Positions 1-8,699 of a stretch of 20,000 nt of DNA are shown here, in pieces. A program made the position numbers and the translations under genes. The stretch's first letter is position 1, and each line of letters opens with the position of its first letter. The notes under the pieces are model-generated. The model saw only the letters and a list, made by a program, of their open reading frames with translations, was not told where the DNA came from and did no database searches. The DNA is from an uncultured virus (IMG/VR IMGVR_UViG_3300032242_002374) (Duplodnaviria; Heunggongvirae; Uroviricota; Caudoviricetes), in IMG/VR virus record IMGVR_UViG_3300032242_002374. One strand, 5' to 3'.

Positions 1-609
1 TATGTAAATTACGCCTCTTTTTATTTCAGTAGATGTTGCATCTGAATTGTAGTAATAATCATAGCAATCAACACCATAAATATCTTCAATATAAGGCTTA
101 ATATTTTCGTATGATATATCTACTCCATTGTAACTATCAAATCCTAAATTCGGCTCATTTGGCACTTTACAATCGTGAATCACAATTATAGGTTTAAGTC
201 CACTTTCTTTGATTATTTTAAGCTCGTCAAACAAAGGTAGTTCTTGCCAATGAGAATCAATATACGTCAATATATTACCTTCACACATTTGCAGCATTAC
301 TGGTAAAAAGTTGATACTACTTCCCAAGAAAGATGTTACATTTTTATTGTAGTCATTTATTCTTTTTAATGCTATATCCCTAAATTCTGCATTAATCTCT
401 ACTGTAAAAACGTTTTCAAAATTTTGTGCCATCCACTTTGTACTTCCCCCCACGCAAGTTCCTAATTCGATAACGTTTTTTATATTGAGTTTGTCTCGCA
501 ACCAAATAAACTCATTGGCAATGTTGAAATCTCCATTAAATTCCGAAGCCTGTTTAGGCATTAATACTTTTTCATTAAGTAATAATTCATCGTACATATT
601 TGTATTCAT
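1..609 (-). CDS. Class I SAM-dependent methyltransferase (Methyltransf_24-like), 3' end runs off the window
   Basis: Not in the ORF track. Manual translation from ATG at 609 is open to position 1: MNTNMYDELL...KNVIELGTCVGGSTKWM...VFTVEIN...YIDSHW...IIVIHD. It contains SAM motif I (VIELGT.xG.S), an acidic motif II and the D.H / HD motifs typical of this group. Confidence 0.85.
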   Translation of the reverse strand, partial: MNTNMYDELLLNEKVLMPKQASEFNGDFNIANEFIWLRDKLNIKNVIELGTCVGGSTKWMAQNFENVFTVEINAEFRDIALKRINDYNKNVTSFLGSSINFLPVMLQMCEGNILTYIDSHWQELPLFDELKIIKESGLKPIIVIHDCKVPNEPNLGFDSYNGVDISYENIKPYIEDIYGVDCYDYYYNSDATSTEIKRGVIYI

Positions 610-618
610 TATTTTATA

Positions 619-1215
619 TTAATCAATTTTTGTTGCAAATTTAAAGATAAAACCACCGTGAGTATTTCTCTTACCATAGCAAACACTAGATATTTTACTA
701 GAAGATAATTTTAAATAATCTGCTGCAATTGATATTGCTGCGAATCTGTTTTTTATTTCACCACTTTTACTGATTTGCACAACTGGCTTCCATAAAGATG
801 GTACAATATAACCTTTTCTTACTTTGCGTACATCAATAAACCTATTTTTTAATAAACCAATCTTTTTAGCGTGTGCCATATTTTCTTTTGGAGAAGCCCA
901 TTCTAAATTTTCTACCCTATTATCGTCTTTTATTCCATTGATGTGATTAACTTCTTTTTTATTAAACTCATTTAGTATGAAAGTTATAGCAACTAATCTA
1001 TGAACAAATATGTGTTTATATTTTTTATTTACTTGTAATTTTACCCTAAGATAACCTTGTTTATTTTTTATAAGTGATAAATTTTTAGCAACCCCTACGG
1101 CTCTGTAATTTAATCCTTTAACATTACCAAGATTAGAAACTAAATAATAATCTCGATAGCCATCAAAAGCAATAGGCTGCCAATATTCTACATCATTATC
1201 GTAAATATTCGCCAT
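619..1215 (-). CDS. NUMOD4-HNH-NUMOD1 homing endonuclease
   Basis: N-terminal NUMOD4 (EYWQPI...YLVSNLGNVK...GYLRVKL), intact HNH (VHRLVA...VNHINGIKDDNRVENLEWASPKEN) and C-terminal NUMOD1-like helix-turn-helix (F.SI..AA..L...S.ISSVCYGKR..HGGFIFKF). Confidence 0.92.
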   Translation of the reverse strand: MANIYDNDVEYWQPIAFDGYRDYYLVSNLGNVKGLNYRAVGVAKNLSLIKNKQGYLRVKLQVNKKYKHIFVHRLVAITFILNEFNKKEVNHINGIKDDNRVENLEWASPKENMAHAKKIGLLKNRFIDVRKVRKGYIVPSLWKPVVQISKSGEIKNRFAAISIAADYLKLSSSKISSVCYGKRNTHGGFIFKFATKID

Positions 1216-1227
1216 TAACCTATTAAT

Positions 1228-1335
1228 TTATTTTGCAAAATTTTTTTGTGCTGGATATAAGTAAACATAAATCAAACTTTCGTCAATATCGCTTTCTTTT
1301 TTTACTACATATTCAACTTGTCTTACAGTTCTCAT
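1228..1335 (-). CDS. Small hypothetical protein (35 aa)
   Basis: ATGA overlap with the stop of the upstream GT; MRTVRQVEYVVKKESDIDESLIYVYLYPAQKNFAK fills the gap. Confidence 0.45.
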   Translation of the reverse strand: MRTVRQVEYVVKKESDIDESLIYVYLYPAQKNFAK

Positions 1336-2291
1336 TTGTATTTTTTTATAAGTTCTAAAAATTCTTTAATTCTAAAATCCCAATTAGCATTTTTTTGTAC
1401 AAAGTCACATCCTTGATTTGCAATAATATCTCTTTCTTTTTTATGCTCTAGGTAGTAATAACACTTAGCAATTAGGTCTGGTATATCACTCCACACTACA
1501 AAATGCTTTTTATCTTCAAAATCCAAGTCGAAATCTTTGTATGCGTGCGATAGCACAAAAGCACCAGATGCCATTTCTCTAAATAACCTATCACTACTAT
1601 AACGTGAATAATCAAAATGGCTGCAATTGATTGCTATTGCACAAGTCCTATAAATTTCAGCTTCATCTGTATTGTTTACATTTTCATATTCAGCATTAAA
1701 AAGAGGTTTCCAGTTACCACCATACAAATTAAATTTGTCTCCAAACTCATATTTAAGCGATTCTATCATTTGTTTACGAAGTCCTGTTAATGGGAAATCT
1801 AATTGAGGATAATAGTTCGCACAAAATACTATATTATCGTGGCATTCTTTTGGGTCGCTAAATTTAAAGCTATCTAATTTTGTATTGTAATAAATATGGT
1901 CGTAACCTATTTGCAAATAATCAGATTTTAAGCCAAGATTACGCATCTTTTCTACATCTGTCATATTGGTAAATAGGGTAACAAAATATTCCCCCAACTG
2001 TATATACCAATCAATATTTCTTCTTACATCCCCAGTCCAATTAAACCCAATACTATTTTCACTTATTACTTTTGCTGCTTCTTCACTTATAATATTTGGT
2101 TGTTGTATTTGCAAAAATACTGCATCGTATTTATTTTGAATAACTTCATTTATTATTGAATAATTCAAAACATCTATTGGCATTTGTTCCCACCAGATAG
2201 TTGTAACTTCTGAAAAGTTATCAGTAAATGCTTTTGTTATTGTATAATGAGGATGCTCCTCTCCATTCATTGCTATTCGTAGTATTTTCAC
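1332..2291 (-). CDS. Glycosyltransferase, GT-B fold (Glyco_trans_1_2 / CgeB-like)
   Basis: C-terminal signature EIYRTCAIAINCSH...SSDRLFREMASGAFVLS...DLIAKCYYYL...IANQG; GTG start. Confidence 0.85.
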   Translation of the reverse strand: MKILRIAMNGEEHPHYTITKAFTDNFSEVTTIWWEQMPIDVLNYSIINEVIQNKYDAVFLQIQQPNIISEEAAKVISENSIGFNWTGDVRRNIDWYIQLGEYFVTLFTNMTDVEKMRNLGLKSDYLQIGYDHIYYNTKLDSFKFSDPKECHDNIVFCANYYPQLDFPLTGLRKQMIESLKYEFGDKFNLYGGNWKPLFNAEYENVNNTDEAEIYRTCAIAINCSHFDYSRYSSDRLFREMASGAFVLSHAYKDFDLDFEDKKHFVVWSDIPDLIAKCYYYLEHKKERDIIANQGCDFVQKNANWDFRIKEFLELIKKYK

Positions 2292-2300
2292 GTTTATTTT

Positions 2301-2936
2301 TTAATAGGTAGTTGGTAATAGTAAATAAGGTGGTGGTACTTTTTCATAATCATCGCCCTGATTCCAATATCTTATGTTTGAACTATGATAATGAAAGGTC
2401 TTTATAGTTTTACTTGGATTGATTACATTGTAGCCAGATTGTTGTAATTCGTATGCTAGTCTATTGTCTATACCTGCAACACCAAGATTCATTTCAAATG
2501 GAGTTCTAATTTTAGGAGAACCATAGAATATCCAAGTGTCCTGCGAATCTGTTCTATCAAATAATATTGAAGTGCCATCATTTGAATAGTCCCATCTACT
2601 CAAAGCTAAACAAGTATTAGCATCTAAACCATAATTTTTTATTTGCTGCAAATCTTCAAAAAATATATCGGTGTTTGCTAAAATGTTTATATCGTTAGAA
2701 AATTTAGGTTGCGACATTATTTTAAAAAAATAATTTATTGTTGGTCTATCAACTCCAACGTGCAGTTCTACGTTATTAATACCAACAATATTTACAGATG
2801 GCAAATCAGAAGGATGTATGAGAATATTGATACTATCAAACCCAGCATTGATATTTTTTTGCAAACAAAATTCTAACTCTTGTTGCCTTTCTTTACTACC
2901 TTGAGTGTAATAGTTTATGAATAGGTTAGTTTTCAT
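2301..2936 (-). CDS. Conserved viral hypothetical protein, probable GT-A-like sugar-handling enzyme
   Basis: ILANTDIFF (DxD-like), ALSRWD, DSQDTWIF, GIDNRLAYE and HYH motifs; lies between glycosyltransferases. Confidence 0.6.
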   Translation of the reverse strand: MKTNLFINYYTQGSKERQQELEFCLQKNINAGFDSINILIHPSDLPSVNIVGINNVELHVGVDRPTINYFFKIMSQPKFSNDINILANTDIFFEDLQQIKNYGLDANTCLALSRWDYSNDGTSILFDRTDSQDTWIFYGSPKIRTPFEMNLGVAGIDNRLAYELQQSGYNVINPSKTIKTFHYHSSNIRYWNQGDDYEKVPPPYLLLPTTY

Positions 2937-3099
2937 TCATTTTTTTATTTTCTTGATACAGAAAAAAAAGTCCTAGAGAATATGTTATAATTATGTAAGG
3001 ATATTTAAACCAATAATCATTACTATTTTTATCTTCCATAAATATCCCGAGAATACATAAGAATGATGTTAATAGTGATATAATAAATATATTTTTCAT
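2926..3099 (-). CDS. Small putative membrane protein (57 aa)
   Basis: Manual translation MKNIFIISLLTSFLCILGIFMEDKNSNDYWFKYPYIIITYSLGLFFLYQENKKMNEN, with two hydrophobic stretches and an A-rich leader. Confidence 0.6.
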   Translation of the reverse strand: MKNIFIISLLTSFLCILGIFMEDKNSNDYWFKYPYIIITYSLGLFFLYQENKKMNEN

Positions 3100-3111
3100 T
3101 GTTTATTTTTG

Positions 3112-3182
3112 AAGCAATATTTGGGGTCGAACCAAAACAAGCAGTACCAAAAACTGCGGTGCTACCATTACACCATATTGCC
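3112..3182 (-). tRNA. tRNA-Gln (anticodon UUG), CCA not encoded
   Basis: Minus strand folds as GGCAATA TG GTGT-AATGGTA-GCAC C GCAGT-TT TTG GT-ACTGC TTGT TTTGG-TTCGACC-CCAAA TATTGCT T, a full cloverleaf. Confidence 0.93.
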
Positions 3183-3193
3183 TGAATTGCTAA

Positions 3194-3499
3194 TTATGGT
3201 TTTACGATTTCTTTAAATGGTTTGCCATCCTTTTCAATGTTCCAGCACTTCAATGTATTTATAACTCCTTCTGTGCCATCTTTACGATTGAATGATTTGC
3301 CCTTGATGTCTATGTAAATAGTAACATAATCTCCAACTTTGTAATTGTCAATCATCTTACAATCATCTTTCCATAATTCTAATTGAAAGGTATTTGCAAA
3401 CTTTTCTGCAAGTTCTTGAATCCAGAAAATACGTTTGTCAAAGTTGTTGTATGTTTCAGTTTGAAACACTTGTTTAATTTTGCCTTGTAGCTTTGTCAT
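3194..3499 (-). CDS. DUF3127-like OB-fold protein (putative single-stranded DNA-binding protein of Bacteroidota and their phages)
   Basis: LQGKIKQVF...F.KR.F...N...ELW.D....ID...VGD.V.I..DIKG.......NTLKCWNI pattern. Start moved to ATG 3499 because the track start lies inside a promoter. Confidence 0.8.
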   Translation of the reverse strand: MTKLQGKIKQVFQTETYNNFDKRIFWIQELAEKFANTFQLELWKDDCKMIDNYKVGDYVTIYIDIKGKSFNRKDGTEGVINTLKCWNIEKDGKPFKEIVKP

Positions 3500-3517
3500 T
3501 GTTATTTTTTTTGTGTG

Positions 3518-3548
3518 CAAATATATATGTAATTGTTTTTATGTGCAA
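3518..3548 (-). promoter_or_regulatory. Bacteroidota housekeeping-sigma promoter (-33 TTG / -7 TAnnTTTG)
   Basis: TTG-N20-TATATTTG directly upstream of the DUF3127-like gene. Confidence 0.75.
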
Positions 3549-4331
3549 TTATCTTGGATGAATTATTTCTTTTGTTTCTATTTGTTTTTTAAATATTGAT
3601 TTTAAAAATACTTGTATGTATTTTAAGTTTGTTTTACCAAATCCTTGTTTCTTAAATCTTCTAGCGGAGGTTTTAATTGTTAAATTAGTATCAAAGTATA
3701 TTTTACCATATTTAATTAAATTGAGAGCCATATCGGTATCATCTCCATAAAATGTTAAGTCTTCATTCAAAGGGAATAGATATTCCTTTAAAACAAATAC
3801 ATTCCCCCCTAATATAATACCCCCTATTTTAAAAAATTGCAAAGTGTATGAAATATACTTATATAAGAATTGCTGTATAAATAAGGAAACATTTCTTCTA
3901 ATAAAATTAGTATCATCATAAAAATTCATAGCTCCAGTAACAGCAACAGCATTTTCTTTTTTTAAAGAACTGAATCCATTTCTTATCCAATTATAATTTA
4001 CTATACAATCTGCATCTAAAAAAGCTATTATATCCCCAGAAGATATTTTCCTTCCACATTCTCTCGCAGCAGATGTACCTTGTTTTTTTTCAGTTACTAA
4101 TTTAAAGTCTATATTTCTTACTTTGCAATAGTAAATATCTGATAGTGGATTATAATAGAATTTTGATTGATTTGTAAAAAAAGAAATTAATCTTAATTTA
4201 GTATTATCTGTTGAATAGTTATCTACTATAATAACTTCATAGTTATCGTAGCTTTGGCAAGAAAGAGAAGAAATTGCTTTAAAAATATACTTCTGTTCGT
4301 TATACGCTGGTATTATTACTGATACTTTCAT
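3549..4331 (-). CDS. Family 2 glycosyltransferase
   Basis: KVSVIIPAYNE, EVIIVDNYSTDNT, G.SAAR..G...S.GDIIAFLDAD, GDDTD and TSARRF motifs. Confidence 0.95.
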   Translation of the reverse strand: MKVSVIIPAYNEQKYIFKAISSLSCQSYDNYEVIIVDNYSTDNTKLRLISFFTNQSKFYYNPLSDIYYCKVRNIDFKLVTEKKQGTSAARECGRKISSGDIIAFLDADCIVNYNWIRNGFSSLKKENAVAVTGAMNFYDDTNFIRRNVSLFIQQFLYKYISYTLQFFKIGGIILGGNVFVLKEYLFPLNEDLTFYGDDTDMALNLIKYGKIYFDTNLTIKTSARRFKKQGFGKTNLKYIQVFLKSIFKKQIETKEIIHPR

Positions 4332-4662
4332 TATTAAGTCTAGTTTTGCCAGAAGGTAATACCATTATAATATTATCTTCTTTGTTATTTAATGTGTTAT
4401 TGTCTCTGTGATTAACAACTAAGCTACTATTTAAAAAATCATCCCCATATTTTTGATATGCAGCTAATTGGTGTACATATATTTCCACCCTTTTGCTTTC
4501 GTATCTGATGCCAAAAGAATAGTAAGCTAATTTGTCGGTTTTTTTCTTATAGTGCAAAAATAGTTTTCTAGGAGTATTTTTTTCTCTATAATAGACATTG
4601 CCATCTTTTACCCTATACCCATTTTCATAAGCAAATATAATCGCCTTTTTCTTCTCTGTCAT
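4300..4662 (-). CDS. HNH-endonuclease-like protein, probably degenerate
   Basis: VHQLAAYQKYG...VVNHRDNNTLNNKEDNI; the final metal-ligand Asn/His is not evident. Confidence 0.7.
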   Translation of the reverse strand: MTEKKKAIIFAYENGYRVKDGNVYYREKNTPRKLFLHYKKKTDKLAYYSFGIRYESKRVEIYVHQLAAYQKYGDDFLNSSLVVNHRDNNTLNNKEDNIIMVLPSGKTRLNNESISNNTSV

Positions 4663-4822
4663 TTTTTTGTGCTTTTATTTGATGTTGACAATTTGAGCTA
4701 TTAAAATTGTTTCTTATGTTTGAACCATATCTATCCAAATATCGTAAACATTTGTTCTTCTTTCTGCAATCAGCATTAAAGCATCTTGAATAGTCTTTAG
4801 GTAGTGTCGTAAGGAATAGCAT
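4625..4822 (-). CDS. Small Cys-rich phage hypothetical protein
   Basis: DYSRC.N..C.KK.KCLRY...C pattern; ORF track. Confidence 0.65.
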   Translation of the reverse strand: MLFLTTLPKDYSRCFNADCRKKNKCLRYLDRYGSNIRNNFNSSNCQHQIKAQKNDREEKGDYICL

Positions 4823-4847
4823 ATTATTATTGATAGGATTATTGTTT

Positions 4848-5093
4848 TCATTTTTTAAATGTTATTGTATCATTTGGTTGAAACTTTTTTGTAAAAAAAT
4901 CATCAACTAGCATTTCTTGTACACTATCAGTTAATGGTTTATAAATCTTTAAATAGTTATTAAAAACCGTAGAGTGATTAGATATTACTACCCATCCTTC
5001 ATATCTTGATAAATTATTTTGTACTTGAGGACGACCACACCCAATAAAAAACATAGATGTAGCAATTAGTAGTGTTGTTAGTGTTCTTTTCAT
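4848..5093 (-). CDS. Putative lipoprotein
   Basis: Basic N-terminus, hydrophobic stretch and lipobox-like FIGC. Confidence 0.65.
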   Translation of the reverse strand: MKRTLTTLLIATSMFFIGCGRPQVQNNLSRYEGWVVISNHSTVFNNYLKIYKPLTDSVQEMLVDDFFTKKFQPNDTITFKK

Positions 5094-5095
5094 AT

Positions 5096-5437
5096 TTATT
5101 TTTTAATTGTATTATACCATTCAATTGCTTTACCAAGTTCTTCAAATGCTTTAAGAGGTGTTTCATTTTCTAATATAGCATCTGTTATATTTTTAATAGG
5201 ATAATTATATAAACCACACTCCTTATTAAACTTAAACCATACTGGCATTAATTCATTATAATTTGAATAATACTCCAAAACACCTTTTACTTTATCTTCT
5301 ATATATATAGAATCAATATCAAGATAATAATGGGGATAATAACATTGATGTTTAGGATTTTCCCATTTTTCATAGTATTTATACCCCATAAATTCAGCCA
5401 TTAATACTGAATACTTATTAATTTCTTCTTGTGTCAT
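5096..5437 (-). CDS. Phage hypothetical protein
   Basis: ORF track; LMAEFMG...Y...YNELMPV...IEWYN pattern resembles a recurrent Bacteroidota-phage family. Confidence 0.75.
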   Translation of the reverse strand: MTQEEINKYSVLMAEFMGYKYYEKWENPKHQCYYPHYYLDIDSIYIEDKVKGVLEYYSNYNELMPVWFKFNKECGLYNYPIKNITDAILENETPLKAFEELGKAIEWYNTIKK

Positions 5438-5438
5438 T

Positions 5439-5774
5439 TTATAATATTAAGTTAATGTATTCTTCGTGACTAATTGTATAACCTTTTAACATTCCATTTA
5501 TACCATCTTGTCTTGCACAACTAATTACTTTTTCAAGTTCTTCCTTACTTAAAACATACTTGTTTGTTTCTTCTTTTAGCCAATGGGTTGGGTAATTATC
5601 TTCTTCATCACCTGTGTTAAAATTAGTTGGATATTCAAAATACGCTAAATTCATTCTTGGTATTAATGTTGAACTACCTCTATTTTCTAAAATAAAAACA
5701 GCAGTCTTATCTTGAGGCAATTCATCATTTACACTTACAGGTACAAATACCTTATCTGTCATTGTTAGTTTCAT
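5439..5774 (-). CDS. Phage hypothetical protein (DUF551-like motifs)
   Basis: VSVNDELP...PTHW motifs. Confidence 0.65.
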   Translation of the reverse strand: MKLTMTDKVFVPVSVNDELPQDKTAVFILENRGSSTLIPRMNLAYFEYPTNFNTGDEEDNYPTHWLKEETNKYVLSKEELEKVISCARQDGINGMLKGYTISHEEYINLIL

Positions 5775-5943
5775 TGTTTTCTTTTAAAAAGTTTCTTACA
5801 TCTTTAAACACAGATTCTAATTCACCAATTTTAACAATTTCTTTTTTATGTTTTATTAGAAATTCAGCAAATTCTTTTTGTGTTCTAGTTAATGGTGGAT
5901 GCTTTGTTTGTGCTGCCCATTTTAAAAATGTTTCACTATTCAT
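5752..5943 (-). CDS. Hypothetical protein
   Basis: ORF track; tightly packed and co-oriented. Confidence 0.65.
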   Translation of the reverse strand: MNSETFLKWAAQTKHPPLTRTQKEFAEFLIKHKKEIVKIGELESVFKDVRNFLKENNETNNDR

Positions 5944-6215
5944 TGTTTAATAGTTTGATTTACTTAATAAACACATTATGATAGCTGCTCCTGCCATTAA
6001 TATTGTAAACACTACACATAATATTGTTTCTTGTTTTTCATCTTCTGCTGGTGACATAATTAATCATTGTTTAATAGTTTTAATATAATAATCAAATAAT
6101 TCAGATAACGATAAGTATTTGTAATGTCCTTTAACATCGTACATTATTTCATTCCCTCTTATTGATATTGATTAATTGTCTTTGAATGACAAAAATCCAT
6201 TTAATATATTTATAA

Positions 6216-6683
6216 TTAATCATTTAATAGTTTTAATACACAATAATTCTTTGTTAAATCTATTCCTTTATGTTGTAGAAATGAGTTCCAGCTTTCTAAT
6301 GGGAAGATAAAAGTATAATGTCTTTCTTGGGTATAATCTTTAAAACACATAGTATCTTCTCTACCTTCTGACCATTCTATAAAATCCATTACTTGTTCAT
6401 CAGTTAATGTAGATGTAGTTCCTATTATTTCATATTTATTATTAGGTAAAGGATAAGTCCTATAATTAGCACTTATCCTTTCTTTCCCAACTCTATAAAA
6501 TAGAAAAGTATCTGCTAATGTATCAGCAATTTCAAAATCATAAGCATCTAAAAGAACTTCAATTAGGAGTAATGTATCTCCTTTATGTGTTTTTAATGTT
6601 TGCATTTGGTTGGTTTTTATTACAAAAATAAGATTTGCCAGTACAATAATACCCACAATGAGAACAATAATCTTCATTATCAA
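6216..6683 (-). CDS. Hypothetical protein (start uncertain, ATG 6605 also plausible)
   Basis: ORF track, 155 aa, co-oriented. Confidence 0.7.
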   Translation of the reverse strand: MIMKIIVLIVGIIVLANLIFVIKTNQMQTLKTHKGDTLLLIEVLLDAYDFEIADTLADTFLFYRVGKERISANYRTYPLPNNKYEIIGTTSTLTDEQVMDFIEWSEGREDTMCFKDYTQERHYTFIFPLESWNSFLQHKGIDLTKNYCVLKLLND

Positions 6684-6713
6684 ATATTGATAATATCCAT
6701 TTAATTAGTTTTT

Positions 6714-6929
6714 TCATAACGAATTTATTTCTTGCGTTTGGCGGTCAGTTGGATTAATACGTTCAGCAATATTCCCATTTATTGCATTGATAAATACACT
6801 TCTAAAAAAATCGTAATTCATTACTTCACCTTCGCCTTTGCCAATTTCACCTTTTAATATTTTATCAATGAGCCAATATTTTTCAGCCCATTGCATAACT
6901 TCTTATCCTACTGATAATTTTTGTTCCAT
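6714..6929 (-). pseudogene. Small hypothetical gene, possibly interrupted by an in-frame TAA at 6903-6905
   Basis: ATG 6929 with an A-rich leader is in frame with track ORF 6714..6896: MEQKLSVG*EVMQWAEKYW... Confidence 0.45.
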
Positions 6930-6940
6930 AATGTTTATTA

Positions 6941-7219
6941 TTAATTGTTTGTGTTTACTTCTGTGTTAAGGAACTCTCCTATATTTTCATAGCCAAATGT
7001 CCCATAATCATTTATTTTAAACGGTGTTTTTGCTGCATCCCAACAATATTTTAAAATAGGAGTAGCAGATGTAAGTTTTGATTTCTTTATTTCTTGTAAT
7101 TGGTCTAATCTACCTGATACATAAAAATCATCTCCACTTTCATTTAATAATTTAGATAATTTTTCAATTTCTTCATCCAACCAATTTTCATCTATTGTTT
7201 TTATTTCGTTGTATTTCAT
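6941..7219 (-). CDS. Hypothetical protein
   Basis: ORF track; A-rich leader. Confidence 0.7.
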   Translation of the reverse strand: MKYNEIKTIDENWLDEEIEKLSKLLNESGDDFYVSGRLDQLQEIKKSKLTSATPILKYCWDAAKTPFKINDYGTFGYENIGEFLNTEVNTNN

Positions 7220-7246
7220 TTTTTTAGTTTTAAATACCCATTATTT

Positions 7247-7386
7247 AGAGTTGATGCAATAGGATTTGAACCTATAAGATTAGACCATTTCGTGTTTAAC
7301 CGCTAATCCCCACGTTTCAGCCATTCTATACACTTCTTTTAGCTTACTATGCAGTATGTTTACCAGTTTCATCATACACCAACTCT
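7247..7386 (-). ncRNA. tRNA-like RNA with canonical acceptor, D and T arms but an about 80 nt central insert
   Basis: Acceptor TGGTGTA/TGCATCA (extends to AGAGTTGGTGTA/TGCATCAACTCT), D arm ATG-AAACTGGTAAA-CAT, T arm ATAGG-TTCAAAT-CCTAT; no standard anticodon arm. Confidence 0.75.
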
Positions 7387-7416
7387 TATAATAATGAGTT
7401 TTACTATCCTTTAAAG

Positions 7417-8031
7417 TCACCTATTATAAGGCTTTTTAAACTTTTCTCTTTTAGGTTCACCGCCCCACATATTTATATAAAGCTGTTTATTATTTTTCCC
7501 TAATTCTTGCAGTTCTGGCATTTTCTCCATCGTTTTACAATTATTATAAATGAATGGATTTAATGCAGGAGCTGCTATCATAGTAACTCCGCTTAGTTTC
7601 ATTCTATATTCGTAAGAACTATCTTCATAATAAGCTGGAAAAAAACATTCGTCAAAACGACCTACTTTGTTGTATATCTTTTTAGAAATAATAAATGCAC
7701 ACCAATCTGGAGTTGCTCTAATCAAATTATTCCCTCTAATATTTATCATCATCTCTATATCCAATGATGTTTTGCGTAAATAAATATCATCATTTAGTAT
7801 GAGTGCGTAATCTAATTGTTCAAATATTTTATCGCATAATACATTCCAAGATGCTGCAACGCCAATATTTTGTTTATTGGCAATAACTTCTATATTGGCA
7901 AAACTTTGTATTCCTTGATTGCCATTATCAATAACGTATATTTTTTCTTTAAAGTCCCTGCTATACATTTTCAATGATGGCAGTAATAAGTCGGCTCTAT
8001 TAAGAGTTGGTATTCCTATTGCGAATTTCAT
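7417..8031 (-). CDS. Family 2 glycosyltransferase (GT-A)
   Basis: IGIPTLNR, YVIDNG, NIGVAASWN, LILNDD and VGRFDECFFPAYYED motifs. Confidence 0.9.
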   Translation of the reverse strand: MKFAIGIPTLNRADLLLPSLKMYSRDFKEKIYVIDNGNQGIQSFANIEVIANKQNIGVAASWNVLCDKIFEQLDYALILNDDIYLRKTSLDIEMMINIRGNNLIRATPDWCAFIISKKIYNKVGRFDECFFPAYYEDSSYEYRMKLSGVTMIAAPALNPFIYNNCKTMEKMPELQELGKNNKQLYINMWGGEPKREKFKKPYNR

Positions 8032-8282
8032 ATAATAGAAAATATTATTCTTTCGTTTAATCTAAAGTTTAATGGGGCTGAATTAATACTTGTTGCTTGC
8101 TTTATTTTAAAAGATAATTTTTCTTTTTCCAAAGCGTAAGTCACTTTTGGTAATTCTTCTTCTGTATATAAACAAGTTTCTTTAAACCTATATGTTGTAT
8201 GTATGGTATCGTTAATTACTGATAAATACTGATTTTTTTCATATCCTACTGTGTGTAGAAAAAATAATTTTAGATTGTTCAT
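8028..8282 (-). CDS. Hypothetical protein
   Basis: ORF track; start moved to ATG 8282, downstream of the promoter motif. Confidence 0.7.
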   Translation of the reverse strand: MNNLKLFFLHTVGYEKNQYLSVINDTIHTTYRFKETCLYTEEELPKVTYALEKEKLSFKIKQATSINSAPLNFRLNERIIFSII

Positions 8283-8299
8283 TTTAATTGTTTTTTTTG

Positions 8300-8331
8300 C
8301 AAATATATAATAAATTGTATAATAGTACAAA
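8300..8331 (-). promoter_or_regulatory. Bacteroidota housekeeping-sigma promoter
   Basis: TTTG-N20-TATATTTG, a full consensus match, intergenic. Confidence 0.8.
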
Positions 8332-8339
8332 TATTTTAA

Positions 8340-8699
8340 TTACTCTATTATTTCGCCACCTTCGCCAATAGTGAATCCAGTATCATCATCTATTATTGTA
8401 TCATTAATCTCAAAAAGGTTTCTTTCATTCATAGGTCTTGGAGCTTCTTCTATTAAATAAACTTGTCTGAAATAAACATCGGTGTACCATTTACCATTCC
8501 AAATTTTAGATTTCATATAAATGTTAGCCTTTATTTTATCTTTAGGTTTTAGCTTCATTTCAAAAATCTTGTCTTTCCAATATCCAAATAAGGATATAGC
8601 AACAGGAACTATTTTATCATTCATTTTTTTGCGTAAAATAATTTGTGCTACCTTATCACTTACTACAACTATATCATATATTCTGCCGACAATTACCAT
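8340..8699 (-). CDS. Putative OB-fold single-stranded DNA-binding protein
   Basis: Beta-rich N-terminus (VIVGRI...D.I......KS..WNGKWYTDV) plus an acidic tail (IIDDDTG...EGGEIIE); adjacent to replication genes. Confidence 0.55.
   Translation of the reverse strand: MVIVGRIYDIVVVSDKVAQIILRKKMNDKIVPVAISLFGYWKDKIFEMKLKPKDKIKANIYMKSKIWNGKWYTDVYFRQVYLIEEAPRPMNERNLFEINDTIIDDDTGFTIGEGGEIIE

Noticed and set aside
636..643. TAAATTTG promoter-like motif upstream of the methyltransferase
   Set aside because: Lies within the HNH coding end and lacks a properly spaced -33 TTG.
619..1335. Self-splicing intron around the HNH gene
   Set aside because: The flanking genes have their own start and stop, and the adjacent non-coding DNA is too short for a ribozyme core.
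7247..7386. tmRNA or group I intron-containing tRNA
   Set aside because: The insert is far too short, and the tmRNA-type 5' end and tag reading frame are not evident.
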